64,000 nt of DNA from Sedimentisphaerales bacterium. Its GTDB lineage: Bacteria > Planctomycetota > Phycisphaerae > Sedimentisphaerales > SM23-30. The stretch covers positions 96,001 through 160,000 of the forward strand of contig CAXXMR010000002.1 in NCBI GenBank assembly GCA_963663805.2, in the 5' to 3' direction. Positions 1 to 9,910 of this stretch are shown here, piece after piece. A model generated the notes under the pieces. That model searched no databases. It was given only the letters and a program-made list of their open reading frames with translations, and was not told the origin of the DNA. Made by a program: the position numbers and the translations under genes. Position 1 is the stretch's first letter, and every line of letters starts with the position of its first letter.

Positions 1-807
1 GGTCATTGTCGGCAGGATTATCCGCATATCAATAATCCCTGGGCGTGGGGTCGCTGGTTTGAGCGGCAGGGGATTGATGAATTGGTTTGTTTTCAGCCGC
101 GAATGAAGTGCTGGGCCTTGCTTTGGGCGGCAAAGCGGCGGGGGGTGAAAGTGCGGATTCAGATTGTTGAGCCGCTGGATTGGATTACGGGGCTGGTACT
201 TAAGTATTTTGCGGGCGAGCGAGCGGAATTTTATTGCTCTGATGAGATTTTAGCGGGATGTCTGGAGGGTAGAGGAGTGAGCAGTCAGCATATTACGGTT
301 CGTCGGCCAGGTATTTCGGTGCGAGCTGAAACTGTGCCGAATCTGCGGGCGGAACTTAATGTTTCTGATGAATGTCCCCTTTTATTGCTGTTGAACAGTC
401 CGGGTAATATTCGCCAGGCGGCGACGGCGACTTGGGCGACGGCGATGCTTTATCATCTGCCGGTTCAGGCTCGGCTGATTATTGCGGGGAAATGTTCGGA
501 TGCTGTTCGCGGACAGATCAAGCGCTATGAGCAGATGTATCAGGCTAAGGATTTGTTTGTTGTCGATGATGGTCGGCGCAGTTGGGCGGAATTGGTCGCT
601 GGTTGTGATGCTGTTTTGGCGGACGGGGTGGAATATGACACCATCAGGCTGATTGCCGCGGCATCAACAGATACGCCGCTGGCGATTGCCTCTGATTCGA
701 ACGAACAGATACGGTCGGAATATCCCCAAGCGGTCCTGACGGGTAAATCCCAGGCCCGTGATATGGCTTGTGCTTTACGGCGGATTATTGGCAAATCCGG
801 TCCGTGA
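1..807 (+). CDS. Partial glycosyltransferase-like (GT-B fold, divergent) protein, 5' end outside window
   Basis: The frame of ORF 82..807 is open back to base 1. Layout loosely resembles a GT4 C-terminal domain (RLIIAG, ELVAGCDAVL, IAAASTDTPL), but the Ex7E motif is degenerate. Confidence 0.45.
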   Translation, partial: GHCRQDYPHINNPWAWGRWFERQGIDELVCFQPRMKCWALLWAAKRRGVKVRIQIVEPLDWITGLVLKYFAGERAEFYCSDEILAGCLEGRGVSSQHITVRRPGISVRAETVPNLRAELNVSDECPLLLLLNSPGNIRQAATATWATAMLYHLPVQARLIIAGKCSDAVRGQIKRYEQMYQAKDLFVVDDGRRSWAELVAGCDAVLADGVEYDTIRLIAAASTDTPLAIASDSNEQIRSEYPQAVLTGKSQARDMACALRRIIGKSGP

Positions 808-1699
808 CGATTTTTTCGAAGTCTTCCAGATTTTTCCATTCCAGCGCGATATTTACATCATTGCCGTTTTCGGGGTCGATTATTGTCCGACCGTCCTCGG
901 TTACGCTGATTTTCAGAGTTTCTATTTTCAGCAGTTCTTCGGAATAGGCCAGGTAAACCGCTACGGTATCAAAAATGATACTTGTTTCGATGTCGGGATT
1001 GAAGCGGGCGTGGTCGGTGCCTTTTACCTCGCGCCATTGGCGATAGGCGGTTATCATTTCCCGGGGCAGGAGTTTGTCGCTGTTGAGGATTCTCTGGTAA
1101 TTTTCGCCTTTAAGTTGAATTTTGCCACAGGTATTTAGCGGGGTGATGGTTTTTTTCCATGGGGCTTTCATCGCCAGGTCCATGCCTTCGGGCCAGAGTT
1201 CGACATTGTATTCCGGGCGGGGGATTTGGCCGTCGGTGCTGATGCGGCCCTGCATACCGACGAACTCGGCTCTTTCAGCGATACGCGGCTCCGCTTTCAG
1301 AGCATTACCAATTGTAGGGCAGGGGGCGATGGCGATTAATTTGATGGTTTTATCGGATTCCACGATAGTATCGACCAGGGTCTGGGTGCCGTCCTGGTAG
1401 ACTTTGCCCTTGAAATCGGACCACTGGAAATCGCCGAGCCATTCCAGTTGATTCATCTTGCCGCCCTTGGTGAGGTTGGGTGAGCCGATGCCGATAGGAA
1501 TGTCTTCGCGGCCGGCGAGTTTTAGCAGTTTAGCAGTAAGCAGGCCGCGAGTTTCGACATCGCCGGTCGAGACGGTAATCAACCTGACATCCAGTTCGGG
1601 ACTGTTGAGCATCATTATTATCGCCCACATATCGTCTATGTCGGAACCAATGTCAGTATCGAGAATTACAGGTATTGCGTGGTTTTTGCTGGTGTTCAT
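785..1699 (-). CDS. Nucleoside hydrolase (IU-NH family), cytoplasmic paralog
   Basis: N-terminal VILDTDIGSDIDD (DxDxxxDD) motif and PEYNV motif; no signal peptide. Confidence 0.9.
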   Translation of the reverse strand: MNTSKNHAIPVILDTDIGSDIDDMWAIIMMLNSPELDVRLITVSTGDVETRGLLTAKLLKLAGREDIPIGIGSPNLTKGGKMNQLEWLGDFQWSDFKGKVYQDGTQTLVDTIVESDKTIKLIAIAPCPTIGNALKAEPRIAERAEFVGMQGRISTDGQIPRPEYNVELWPEGMDLAMKAPWKKTITPLNTCGKIQLKGENYQRILNSDKLLPREMITAYRQWREVKGTDHARFNPDIETSIIFDTVAVYLAYSEELLKIETLKISVTEDGRTIIDPENGNDVNIALEWKNLEDFEKIVTDRICQ

Positions 1700-1732
1700 T
1701 TGCTTGTTTATCGGTCTTAATGAGTTAGTTGA

Positions 1733-2722
1733 TTATCGACAGATTCGCTCGGTGAGTAATTTTTCGAAGGCGTCAAGGTCTTTCCACTCCAGCGCGACAT
1801 TGACATCATTACCGTTTTTCGGGTCAATAATTGTCCGGCCGTCCTCGGTTACGCTGAGTTTCAGGGTTTCCATTTTCAGGAGCTTATCAGAATACGCCAG
1901 GTAAATCGCTACGGTGTCGTAAAGAGTACTTGTTGAATTATCCGGGTCGAAGCGTTTGTGTTTTTTGTCTCTGTCCTCACGCCATTGACGATAGGCGGCG
2001 ATCATTTCGCGGGGCAGGAGCTTTTTGCTATTGAGGATTTTTAGATAGTTTTCGGAATCCAACTGAACTTTGTCGCAGGTATTAAGCGGAGTGATGGTTT
2101 TCTTCCAGTCGGCTTTGAGGGCCCGGTCCAAACCTTCGGGCCAGAGTCTGACATTGTATTCCGGGTAGGGTAATTCATCGCTGGTGCTGATGTGTCCCTG
2201 CATACCGACGAACTCAGCTTTTTCGGCGATACGCGGTTCCATCTTCAGGGCATCACCGATGGTGGGGCAGGGGCCGACGGCGATGAGTTTGATAGTTTTT
2301 GGTGAGTTCATGATGGTATCGACCAGGGCGTCAGTGCCATCACGATAGACCTTGCCTCTGAAGTCGGACCATTGGAAATCGCCCAGCCATTCGGCCTGAC
2401 TTATTCGGCTACCTTCGGTGAGACTGGGCGAACCGATACCGATGGGGATGTCTTCACGCCCGGCTAGTTTTAGCAGTTTGGCGGTGAGCAGTCCGCGAGT
2501 TTCGACATCACCGGTAGAAACGGTAATCAGCTTAACATCCAGTTCGGGACTGTTGAGCATCATTATAATGGCCCACATATCATCTATGTCGGAGCCGATG
2601 TCGGTATCGAGAATTACGGGAATGGCTTTACAACTGCATACTCTTGTATTGTTAAATTCCATGCAGCCCAGCGAGCAAAAAACCATTAACAGACAAAACA
2701 ACCAGGCGATTTTATTTGCCAT
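1733..2722 (-). CDS. Nucleoside hydrolase (IU-NH family) with N-terminal signal/lipoprotein-like peptide
   Basis: Same DTDIGSDIDD motif, preceded by a hydrophobic leader ending CSLGC; close paralog of the adjacent gene. Confidence 0.9.
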   Translation of the reverse strand: MANKIAWLFCLLMVFCSLGCMEFNNTRVCSCKAIPVILDTDIGSDIDDMWAIIMMLNSPELDVKLITVSTGDVETRGLLTAKLLKLAGREDIPIGIGSPSLTEGSRISQAEWLGDFQWSDFRGKVYRDGTDALVDTIMNSPKTIKLIAVGPCPTIGDALKMEPRIAEKAEFVGMQGHISTSDELPYPEYNVRLWPEGLDRALKADWKKTITPLNTCDKVQLDSENYLKILNSKKLLPREMIAAYRQWREDRDKKHKRFDPDNSTSTLYDTVAIYLAYSDKLLKMETLKLSVTEDGRTIIDPKNGNDVNVALEWKDLDAFEKLLTERICR

Positions 2723-2763
2723 GTCCTTACCTTCCTTTTTGCCGTGACCGTGGGGATTGTATA

Positions 2764-3966
2764 TTATCTTCGGCTTTGTGGTCTTCTGCCTGAGCGACGG
2801 CCTTTGCCGTGGCCGGGCCCTTTTCCGCTGCCGGACGACTTTTTGATATTGTCAAGGTCTGGTTCCTTGTCCAGCCATTTTGGTTCAATGTGATTCACTT
2901 TCAGCATATCACGCAAGGTTCGCTTTTCCCGCTCAGTTATGTAGGTTAACGCTTTGCCCGTGCGCCCCATGCGTCCGGTGCGTCCGGTGCGGTGAGTGTA
3001 AATTTCGTGGTAGCGCGGGAAGTCGTAATTAATCACGTGGGTGACATGGCTGAAGTCCAGCCCGCGACTGGCGATGTCGGTGGCGACCATGAATTTAATT
3101 TCCTTGCGCTTGAAGCGATTGTAAATCGAGGTTCGTCGGGCCTGGTCGATACCGCCGTGGATAAATTCCACCGAATCGAATTTCTTTTTTAGTTTGCCCA
3201 GCAGTTTCTCACCGCCGGTACGCGAATTGCAAAATATAATCGCCTGCACCACATCATTATTATCGAGATATGCTTCCATCCGTTCCAAACGCTGGTTGTG
3301 CGAAACGTAATCGAAATAATGCTCCAGCGAGGACGGGGCGATCTGGTCCTTGTTCAGTTCGACCAGGACGGGGTCTTTCAGATACTGGTTGACCAGATGA
3401 GTAATCGCCGGCGGCATAGTGGCCGAGAAAAACAAGGTCTGGTGTTCCTGGATTAGACATGACATAATGAAATTCACGTCGTCAATAAAACCCATCTTGA
3501 GCATTTCGTCGGCTTCGTCGAGCACGACGGTTTTTACCCCGCTCAAACTCAGCTCGGAATTATACAACAGGTCAATCAGTCGGCCCGGGGTCGCGACCAG
3601 TACATGTACGCCGTGATTAAGTTTGGCCTTCTGGATGTCGATAGGCATTCCGCCGAAAACCGCGAACGGCATAATTTTGCAATGCTTGGCGATACGGGCG
3701 ATTTCGTCCACATACTGCAAGGCCAGTTCCCGCGTGGGCACACAGATAAGGGCCTGAATCCGGTCGTTTTCCGGGTCGATGTTCTGAATCAGGGGGATGC
3801 CACAGGCACTGGTTTTGCCGGAGCCGGTTTCGGCCCGGGCGAGAACATCTTTGCCGGCCAGTACATGGGGGAACGTTAGTTCCTGCACCGGCGTCAAATC
3901 AGTATATTTCATTTCAGCCAGGGCTTTACGGACCTCCGGCTTAAGTTCTATTTCATCAAATTTCAT
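2764..3966 (-). CDS. DEAD-box RNA helicase
   Basis: Q motif, AETGSGKT, PTRELA, TPGR, DEAD, SAT and HRTGRTGR motifs; basic C-terminal tail. Confidence 0.95.
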   Translation of the reverse strand: MKFDEIELKPEVRKALAEMKYTDLTPVQELTFPHVLAGKDVLARAETGSGKTSACGIPLIQNIDPENDRIQALICVPTRELALQYVDEIARIAKHCKIMPFAVFGGMPIDIQKAKLNHGVHVLVATPGRLIDLLYNSELSLSGVKTVVLDEADEMLKMGFIDDVNFIMSCLIQEHQTLFFSATMPPAITHLVNQYLKDPVLVELNKDQIAPSSLEHYFDYVSHNQRLERMEAYLDNNDVVQAIIFCNSRTGGEKLLGKLKKKFDSVEFIHGGIDQARRTSIYNRFKRKEIKFMVATDIASRGLDFSHVTHVINYDFPRYHEIYTHRTGRTGRMGRTGKALTYITEREKRTLRDMLKVNHIEPKWLDKEPDLDNIKKSSGSGKGPGHGKGRRSGRRPQSRR

Positions 3967-4199
3967 ATTTTTCCGTTATTTTTGCTTTATCAGGTCAGTG
4001 TCTGCTCGGCGCCTGATATTATTTATGGTATCCCGACCGACACTGAAAAACCACAATCACTTCTACTCCATAACCGAAATTACCCCTGGTGTCAATCAAT
4101 GTCTGGAGCTGGTTGGCTATTGACCGGCGTATAAAATCCTGTTAGTTTATAGGTTACAGGAACAGATATGTAAACTTCGCTTTTGCACAGGATATATCC

Positions 4200-5420
4200 A
4201 TGAAAAAAACACCCGGTCATTCCAGGGGACTGTCAACCCGCTCGATTCACGCCGGCGAAGAACGCCAGCGCTATGCCGACTCGATTACTACTCCGATAGT
4301 GCAGGCTTCGACATATGTCTTTAAGGATTCCAAGGAGATTGAGGCCTATACCAAGCACGGCAAACCGCGTTACGAGTATGGCAGGTATGGTAATCCCACC
4401 GAACAGGTAGCCCAAAGACGGCTGGCGGACCTGGAGGATGCCGAGGATTGTGTGGTTTTTGGTTCGGGCATGAACGCGGTTTGTACCACTATTTTGGCCC
4501 TGGTGAGTTCAGGCGACCATATTATCATCACCGACGACGCTTACAAAAAGACCCTGGAATTTTGCAGTAAATATCTCCAGCGGTTTGGGGTAGATTGCAC
4601 GGTCGTGCCTTTTGGCGATTATGAGGGGCTGGACCGGGCGGTCAAAAAGAGTACCCGCTTTATTATTTCTGAGTCGCCGACCAACCCTTATTTGAATATC
4701 TTCGACCTGGAACGGCTGGTCGGGATTGCCCGTAAGCATAATGTCCTGACGCTCATTGATGGCACTTTTGCTACTCCATATAATCAGATGCCGCTGGATT
4801 TTGGGGTGGATTTGGTTATCCACAGTTGTACCAAGTACTTAGCGGGGCATAATGATATTCTCGCCGGGGCTGTTCTAGGCCGTAACGAGCTTATCAGCAA
4901 GATTCGCGACCTGCACAAAGCCATGGGCGGCGTGATTGACCCGCATTGCTGCTACCTGCTGCTGCGTGGGCTGAAGACCTTCCCTTTGCGGATGGAGGCC
5001 CAAAACCGCAACACCCTGGCGGTGGCGGAATTCCTCGAAAGCCATCCCGCGGTCAAGAAAGTATATTATCCTGGGCTGCCCAGCCATCCGCATTATGAAA
5101 TTGCCCGTCGGCAGATGACCGGCTTTGGCGGGGTGGTGACCTTTGACATAAAGGGCGGACTGAAAGAAGCCAACCTGTTTCTTGATGCCCTGAAGCTCTG
5201 CTTTATCGCTCCGAGTCTGGGCGGGGTAGAAACGCTTATAACTCACCCAGCTTCAGTGAGTTACTACACGCTTACCCGCAAAGATCGCTATGAACTGGGT
5301 ATTACCGATACCCTGATTCGCCTGGCGGTGGGAATTGAGGATGTGCAGGACATAATTGGCGATTTGGACCAGGCCTTGAAAAAAGTGGCGGGTTCTAAGG
5401 CTAAAAGCCGTAAAAAATGA
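4200..5420 (+). CDS. Cystathionine gamma-synthase / Cys-Met metabolism PLP enzyme
   Basis: YGRYGNPT, ESPTNP, HSCTKYLAGH (PLP lysine), SLGGVETL, IRLAVGIE. Confidence 0.92.
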   Translation: MKKTPGHSRGLSTRSIHAGEERQRYADSITTPIVQASTYVFKDSKEIEAYTKHGKPRYEYGRYGNPTEQVAQRRLADLEDAEDCVVFGSGMNAVCTTILALVSSGDHIIITDDAYKKTLEFCSKYLQRFGVDCTVVPFGDYEGLDRAVKKSTRFIISESPTNPYLNIFDLERLVGIARKHNVLTLIDGTFATPYNQMPLDFGVDLVIHSCTKYLAGHNDILAGAVLGRNELISKIRDLHKAMGGVIDPHCCYLLLRGLKTFPLRMEAQNRNTLAVAEFLESHPAVKKVYYPGLPSHPHYEIARRQMTGFGGVVTFDIKGGLKEANLFLDALKLCFIAPSLGGVETLITHPASVSYYTLTRKDRYELGITDTLIRLAVGIEDVQDIIGDLDQALKKVAGSKAKSRKK

Positions 5421-5431
5421 TAAAAACCGGG

Positions 5432-5458
5432 TAACTTTTCCGGTTTTGGCGGGTCTAA
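5432..5458 (+). promoter_or_regulatory. Putative ECF (RpoE-like) sigma promoter upstream of traT
   Basis: TAACTT-N16-TCTAA, close to the GAACTT-N16-TCTAA type consensus; overlaps the inverted repeat AAAACCGG/CCGGTTTT (5423-5447). Confidence 0.4.
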
Positions 5459-5515
5459 ACCTAATGTAAGACCCAGAAAAGCTGATAATCTATATGTGAT
5501 GTTAAGGAGATAGTT

Positions 5516-6337
5516 ATGAAGTCAAAAATGATGGTAATGATGATTTTAGTTCTGGCGGCATTGGTAGTAACGTCCGGTTGTGAGACCGGCGACCGTGCCT
5601 ATGAAGGTATGGTCCGGGCTACTGACCCGGATAAGACTACTTTGCAGACTACAGTTACCTGGATGAACCCCCAGCCGCGGATTCGGCCGGTCAGTGGTAA
5701 TCAGATGGTGGTTTATGTGCGCGTCAAGAATAGTGCCGGTGCGGATATGGACCTGGTCGGCTCAGTGATGCAGCAGATTCAGGGTATGGGTTATCGCATA
5801 ACGACCAATATTGATGAAGCCCAGTTCACTATTAACGCCGACCTGCGTCATTTCGGCGAGGGTTCCGAAAAGAGCTATACCCCCGTTGTCGCTGGTGCTG
5901 CGGTTGGTGCCGGTGCCGGTGCAGTTGTCGGGAATAATATGGGCAGCGGCCATACCGCCGAAGGTGCTGTCGCTGGCGCGGTCATCGGCGGACTTATCGG
6001 TAATGTCGCGGCCAACCGTAACAAGATGCGCGAAATCAATCTGATTGTGGATGTGACTATCGGTGAAAGAATTGAAGGCGGTGTACAGAGCGCACGTCGC
6101 AGCGGCACCGATGATTCCACTACCCATTCTGCCGGTGTAGTCACTCAGGGTGTTCGCGAAACCGGACGCAGTACGAGTACTTCTTCGGAGACGCAGTCAG
6201 TCAATGTTAAGGAAGAGTTTCTTTATCATCAAAATCGTGTGACCGCTTCGGCGCGCAGAATGAACCTGACTTTGCTTGAGTCTCAGCCAGTTCTGACCCA
6301 GAAGCTGTCACTGGCGATTGCCAACGCTCTGCCGTAA
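5516..6337 (+). CDS. traT: TraT-family outer-membrane lipoprotein (complement resistance / surface exclusion family)
   Basis: Lipobox VTSG-C; VYVRVKNS, GYRITTNIDEAQFTINA, glycine zipper and C-terminal QNRVTASARRMNL..PVL..KLSLAIANAL follow the TraT layout. Confidence 0.8.
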   Translation: MKSKMMVMMILVLAALVVTSGCETGDRAYEGMVRATDPDKTTLQTTVTWMNPQPRIRPVSGNQMVVYVRVKNSAGADMDLVGSVMQQIQGMGYRITTNIDEAQFTINADLRHFGEGSEKSYTPVVAGAAVGAGAGAVVGNNMGSGHTAEGAVAGAVIGGLIGNVAANRNKMREINLIVDVTIGERIEGGVQSARRSGTDDSTTHSAGVVTQGVRETGRSTSTSSETQSVNVKEEFLYHQNRVTASARRMNLTLLESQPVLTQKLSLAIANALP

Positions 6338-6411
6338 CTCGTGTTGTAGTGTCTGGCACGTTTTTGTGTAAGGATGATTGTCCGGCGATTGATACCCTGA
6401 AAGGCTGATTC

Positions 6412-7854
6412 ATGATTAGGCATCTGCTGAGTATTTTGATTGTGCTGCTGTTTGTTGTCCCTGTTTATACTTTGGCAGAGCCCGGTACCGGCAAACGTCT
6501 CAAGCCGCGCTGGAAACTGGGTAATACGGTAAAGCCGACTCAGCCTCAGCAGCCAGGCCAAAAAACGCCGGAGCCAATCCCCGTGCAGCCGCGGCAGGAA
6601 ACTCAGACTCCCGCACTCGTTGCCGATGAACCTGCCCAGGAGCCTATGGTCGAAAGTGACTCTGAGCAGGCTCCCGTGCCGCAGCCCCCGTTAAAGAATT
6701 TCGAGGTGCAGGGACTGGCCGATGATTTTTTCAGCTGGCAAACAGTTACTCTGGGTGATAAATCCTGTCGGGTTTCGCCGGTTATCAGCTTCGCCCGCGA
6801 TTACGAGATAAACCACCATACCGTTACTATTACTTTTACCGGTAGCGGAACGGTTGAGCTTTCCGTAGGGCATTATTCAGCCGAAAACCTCCAGACGGTC
6901 TGTGAAAAGAAGCATCTGCACAGCCGTTTCCAGAAAGTTATATCGGGCGAACCTGTCAAAGTTTCTTCCGGTTATAAGAACGAACATTTCGCCTGGCTTT
7001 TTATCGCGACCGAAGGTGCTGTGAATATTCAGGCGATAGATTATTCCGGTATCTGCGGTATCGATACTCTGTATGGCCATGCCCCCGGCGTTTTCAAATT
7101 TGCCGGCGGTCGGCTGCCTTACCGTTTGATGTACCCGCGAAATTACGACCCGCAGAAGAGTTATCCCCTGGTGTTGAGCGTTTCCGGTTCCGGCGGTGTC
7201 GGTTCGGATAATGTCAAGAATATGGAAATGGTGATTTACGCCAAGAGTGCCTACACCCAATATTATGAGGATGAGCAGTTGGAATGCTTCAGCCTCGTGC
7301 CCCAGATTCCGCCGAACGAAGCCATCCCGTCGCCGTATTGGCCTAAAGGCACGCTCGGTAAACCCACGCCGGAACATCCCGATTGGGCCGCGGTTAACGA
7401 ACAGGGCTGGTACGCGCAGGCCTCGGTCGCTCTGATTAAATATCTGGTGGAATCCCCCGAACTGAACATCGACCCCCAGAGAATTTATTACACCGGTTTT
7501 TCGTATGGCGGCAAAGCCTGCTGGGAATTTCTAAAAGCCGCCCCCGATCTATTCGCCGCAGCCATCTGCGGCGGCGGCTGGCCTATCGGTCCGGCCTATT
7601 CCAATCCAACGGGGCTAATGCGTGAAAAACTCAAAGAAGAAGTAAAACGCTATCAGCATATTCCGGTGCGAATCTTCGCTGGCGAAAAAGACCCCATGCG
7701 CCAGGGCAGCCAGGCCGTAGCCGAAGAACTCCAAGCCCTAAACGCCGACGCCATATACAAAGAATTTCCCGACGCCAGCCACGTAGCCACCGCCGGGAAA
7801 ATTTGGTCAGATAAAAATAATTTAGTTTGGTTGTTTGGGAAAAAGCTACAATGA
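6412..7854 (+). CDS. Exported alpha/beta hydrolase (predicted peptidase/esterase) with Pro-rich linker
   Basis: Signal peptide; LPYRLMYPRNYDPQKSYPLVL, IDPQRIYYTGFSYGG (nucleophile elbow), GEKD and H positions. Confidence 0.8.
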   Translation: MIRHLLSILIVLLFVVPVYTLAEPGTGKRLKPRWKLGNTVKPTQPQQPGQKTPEPIPVQPRQETQTPALVADEPAQEPMVESDSEQAPVPQPPLKNFEVQGLADDFFSWQTVTLGDKSCRVSPVISFARDYEINHHTVTITFTGSGTVELSVGHYSAENLQTVCEKKHLHSRFQKVISGEPVKVSSGYKNEHFAWLFIATEGAVNIQAIDYSGICGIDTLYGHAPGVFKFAGGRLPYRLMYPRNYDPQKSYPLVLSVSGSGGVGSDNVKNMEMVIYAKSAYTQYYEDEQLECFSLVPQIPPNEAIPSPYWPKGTLGKPTPEHPDWAAVNEQGWYAQASVALIKYLVESPELNIDPQRIYYTGFSYGGKACWEFLKAAPDLFAAAICGGGWPIGPAYSNPTGLMREKLKEEVKRYQHIPVRIFAGEKDPMRQGSQAVAEELQALNADAIYKEFPDASHVATAGKIWSDKNNLVWLFGKKLQ

Positions 7855-9000
7855 TTAGGGCTTAAACTTTTTTATAAACTCCACAGTTCTTTTGGCGGTT
7901 GATTCGCCGGCACGGGGATGCAAGGGCAGGTTCACTACTTCAAGCGAAGCTTTTTCAGCTTCCGGGCACATGCCGTTTTCATAATTATAAAGATGCATCG
8001 GTGTTTCAATCGGATGCAGCGGACACTCGAACCAACTGCCAATCTCTACGCCCGCTTCCGGTGCCGCCGCCAGGGCTGCTTGTTTATCGGAAACTCGCAA
8101 AGGATAACGTACCAGTACCGGATCCATGTAATCTGGTAACCGCGGAATTGCAAAGCCCGCATCACTTAGCAGGTCATCATAGATTTTCCTCATTTTCCTT
8201 CGATGTGCGATATTCTTATCCAGCTTTTTAAGTTGTGCTAACCCTGCTTTAGCTTGGCTGTCACTCATGCCCATAAAAAAGTCATCAGCCTTTTCCGGAC
8301 AGAATTCCGAACAGCTTGACGACCCGACCACAAGCCCTTTTTTGGTCATCCAGCGAAACAGATTGGTTATAAATGCCGTGGTTCGCGGATAGATAACTGT
8401 TCGGTAAACACACCTCTGAGCCCAAAGCATAAATGAAGCTTTGGCAGAGGGCGTTATTAGTTCTTCGTCTCTCAGTTTCTGCATAGATTCTGCTATTCGC
8501 TCATCATGCACAACCACCATCCCGCCTAACCCGGTAGTAAACGGCTTGTTCCACTGAAACGAAAAATACGCCGCCTTGCCCAGAGTGCCGCATAGCCTGT
8601 CTTTATAGGTCGTCCCCAAAGCCAGGCAGCAGTCCTCCACTATCGGCACATTATGCCTGTTGGCGATGCCCCGGATGGCATCAATATCACAGGCATAACC
8701 ATAAGTATGCTGAACCAGAATCACCTTAGTCCGCGCCGTAATCTTCTCCTCCAGGAGCTCTGGCCGCATATTATAAGTGACCGGCTCAATATCCACATAA
8801 ACCGGTATCGCACCTAGATATTTGATCGGGTTTACGTCCATCACACAAGTATACCCCGGCAAAACCACCTCATCGCCCGGCCCACCCCCCATCGCTCGCA
8901 ATAAAGCATAAAGACCTACGCGGGCTTTCCAGAAAGAAAAAGCTTTTTTGGCTTTGAAATAATTAGAAAACTGTTTTTCGAAATTATCCATATTAGTCAT
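7855..9000 (-). CDS. DegT/DnrJ/EryC1/StrS sugar aminotransferase
   Basis: GPGDEVVLP, IVEDCC, FSFQWNK (PLP lysine), VVNLPLHP. Confidence 0.9.
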   Translation of the reverse strand: MTNMDNFEKQFSNYFKAKKAFSFWKARVGLYALLRAMGGGPGDEVVLPGYTCVMDVNPIKYLGAIPVYVDIEPVTYNMRPELLEEKITARTKVILVQHTYGYACDIDAIRGIANRHNVPIVEDCCLALGTTYKDRLCGTLGKAAYFSFQWNKPFTTGLGGMVVVHDERIAESMQKLRDEELITPSAKASFMLWAQRCVYRTVIYPRTTAFITNLFRWMTKKGLVVGSSSCSEFCPEKADDFFMGMSDSQAKAGLAQLKKLDKNIAHRRKMRKIYDDLLSDAGFAIPRLPDYMDPVLVRYPLRVSDKQAALAAAPEAGVEIGSWFECPLHPIETPMHLYNYENGMCPEAEKASLEVVNLPLHPRAGESTAKRTVEFIKKFKP

Positions 9001-9910
9001 CGTTCTTTAACGTGGGAACTGCGTCTGTTTGTTGTTTGTACAGCCTTATCATGGCCGAGGTTTTTCTTATGAAATAATTTTTAGGAAACATCTTGTTGAT
9101 CAGTTTCAAACAAGGTTCGTTGGCCAGTGCGAAAGCGAATTTTATTTTATCGGAAAAAATCAGTCGTTGTTTTATAGGTTCTACCCTCCAGCCCATTCGA
9201 CTCTTAAAATGATCCAGAGGCTGAGTTTCCTCTAAAGAGCCTAGCCCATAACAGATGCCTTTAAATTTATTTTCATTTAAATAGTACTGTCCGGCAGTAA
9301 AAGCCAGAGCATTGTTAGGATATTTATTGCGATATTCAGTTAATGTGTGATTGACAATCCATTCGCTCCATTTATCCTCTGCTTCAACTGCGACAAGAAA
9401 GCACACTAATCTGCCATCAATAAAAGCTCCCCATCCATCTACGCCTTCAACTTTCTGTGCGGCATTACAGTATTTGGTCCAATAGTCTTTGTCGCAATAA
9501 TAGCTTTCGCGTCCCTGCCGCTGAGCGGTGCTAATGTTTAATTCTAAACCATGTTCAGCCAAATAATCAAAATCAATCCGCTCAATAGTACAATTCTCCA
9601 AACCTCTTCTGGTTTGATTTCTTGCTTTTTGATGAAGACAGGACATGTTATAGCAACCAGTATTAGTATTTATCGTAATATTGCTAACAAATCCGAAGGA
9701 ATCCAATGGAGTCGGATATCGCACAGCCTTCAAGCCCTCTTTTTTTACCAATTCCCGAACTTTATTTTCATCCGGCCTGACAGTTTTATAATAAGGTATA
9801 GTCAGCAAAACCCCCGGCTGAACATCATACCAGAAAGCGCCGCCGCAATTATAGATGCGATGGCCCAAGGCGCTGAACAAATTTACCATGGGATTCACAT
9901 TCTGAGTCAT
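8993..9910 (-). CDS. GNAT/FemAB-like acyl- or aminoacyl-transferase
   Basis: KARNQTRRGL, GAFIDGRLV, YPNNAL and LDHFKSRMG patterns typical of FemAB-like proteins in polysaccharide loci. Confidence 0.6.
   Translation of the reverse strand: MTQNVNPMVNLFSALGHRIYNCGGAFWYDVQPGVLLTIPYYKTVRPDENKVRELVKKEGLKAVRYPTPLDSFGFVSNITINTNTGCYNMSCLHQKARNQTRRGLENCTIERIDFDYLAEHGLELNISTAQRQGRESYYCDKDYWTKYCNAAQKVEGVDGWGAFIDGRLVCFLVAVEAEDKWSEWIVNHTLTEYRNKYPNNALAFTAGQYYLNENKFKGICYGLGSLEETQPLDHFKSRMGWRVEPIKQRLIFSDKIKFAFALANEPCLKLINKMFPKNYFIRKTSAMIRLYKQQTDAVPTLKNDD

Noticed and set aside
5516..6337. Conjugative element implied by traT
   Set aside because: No relaxase, coupling protein or type IV secretion genes; flanks are housekeeping genes.
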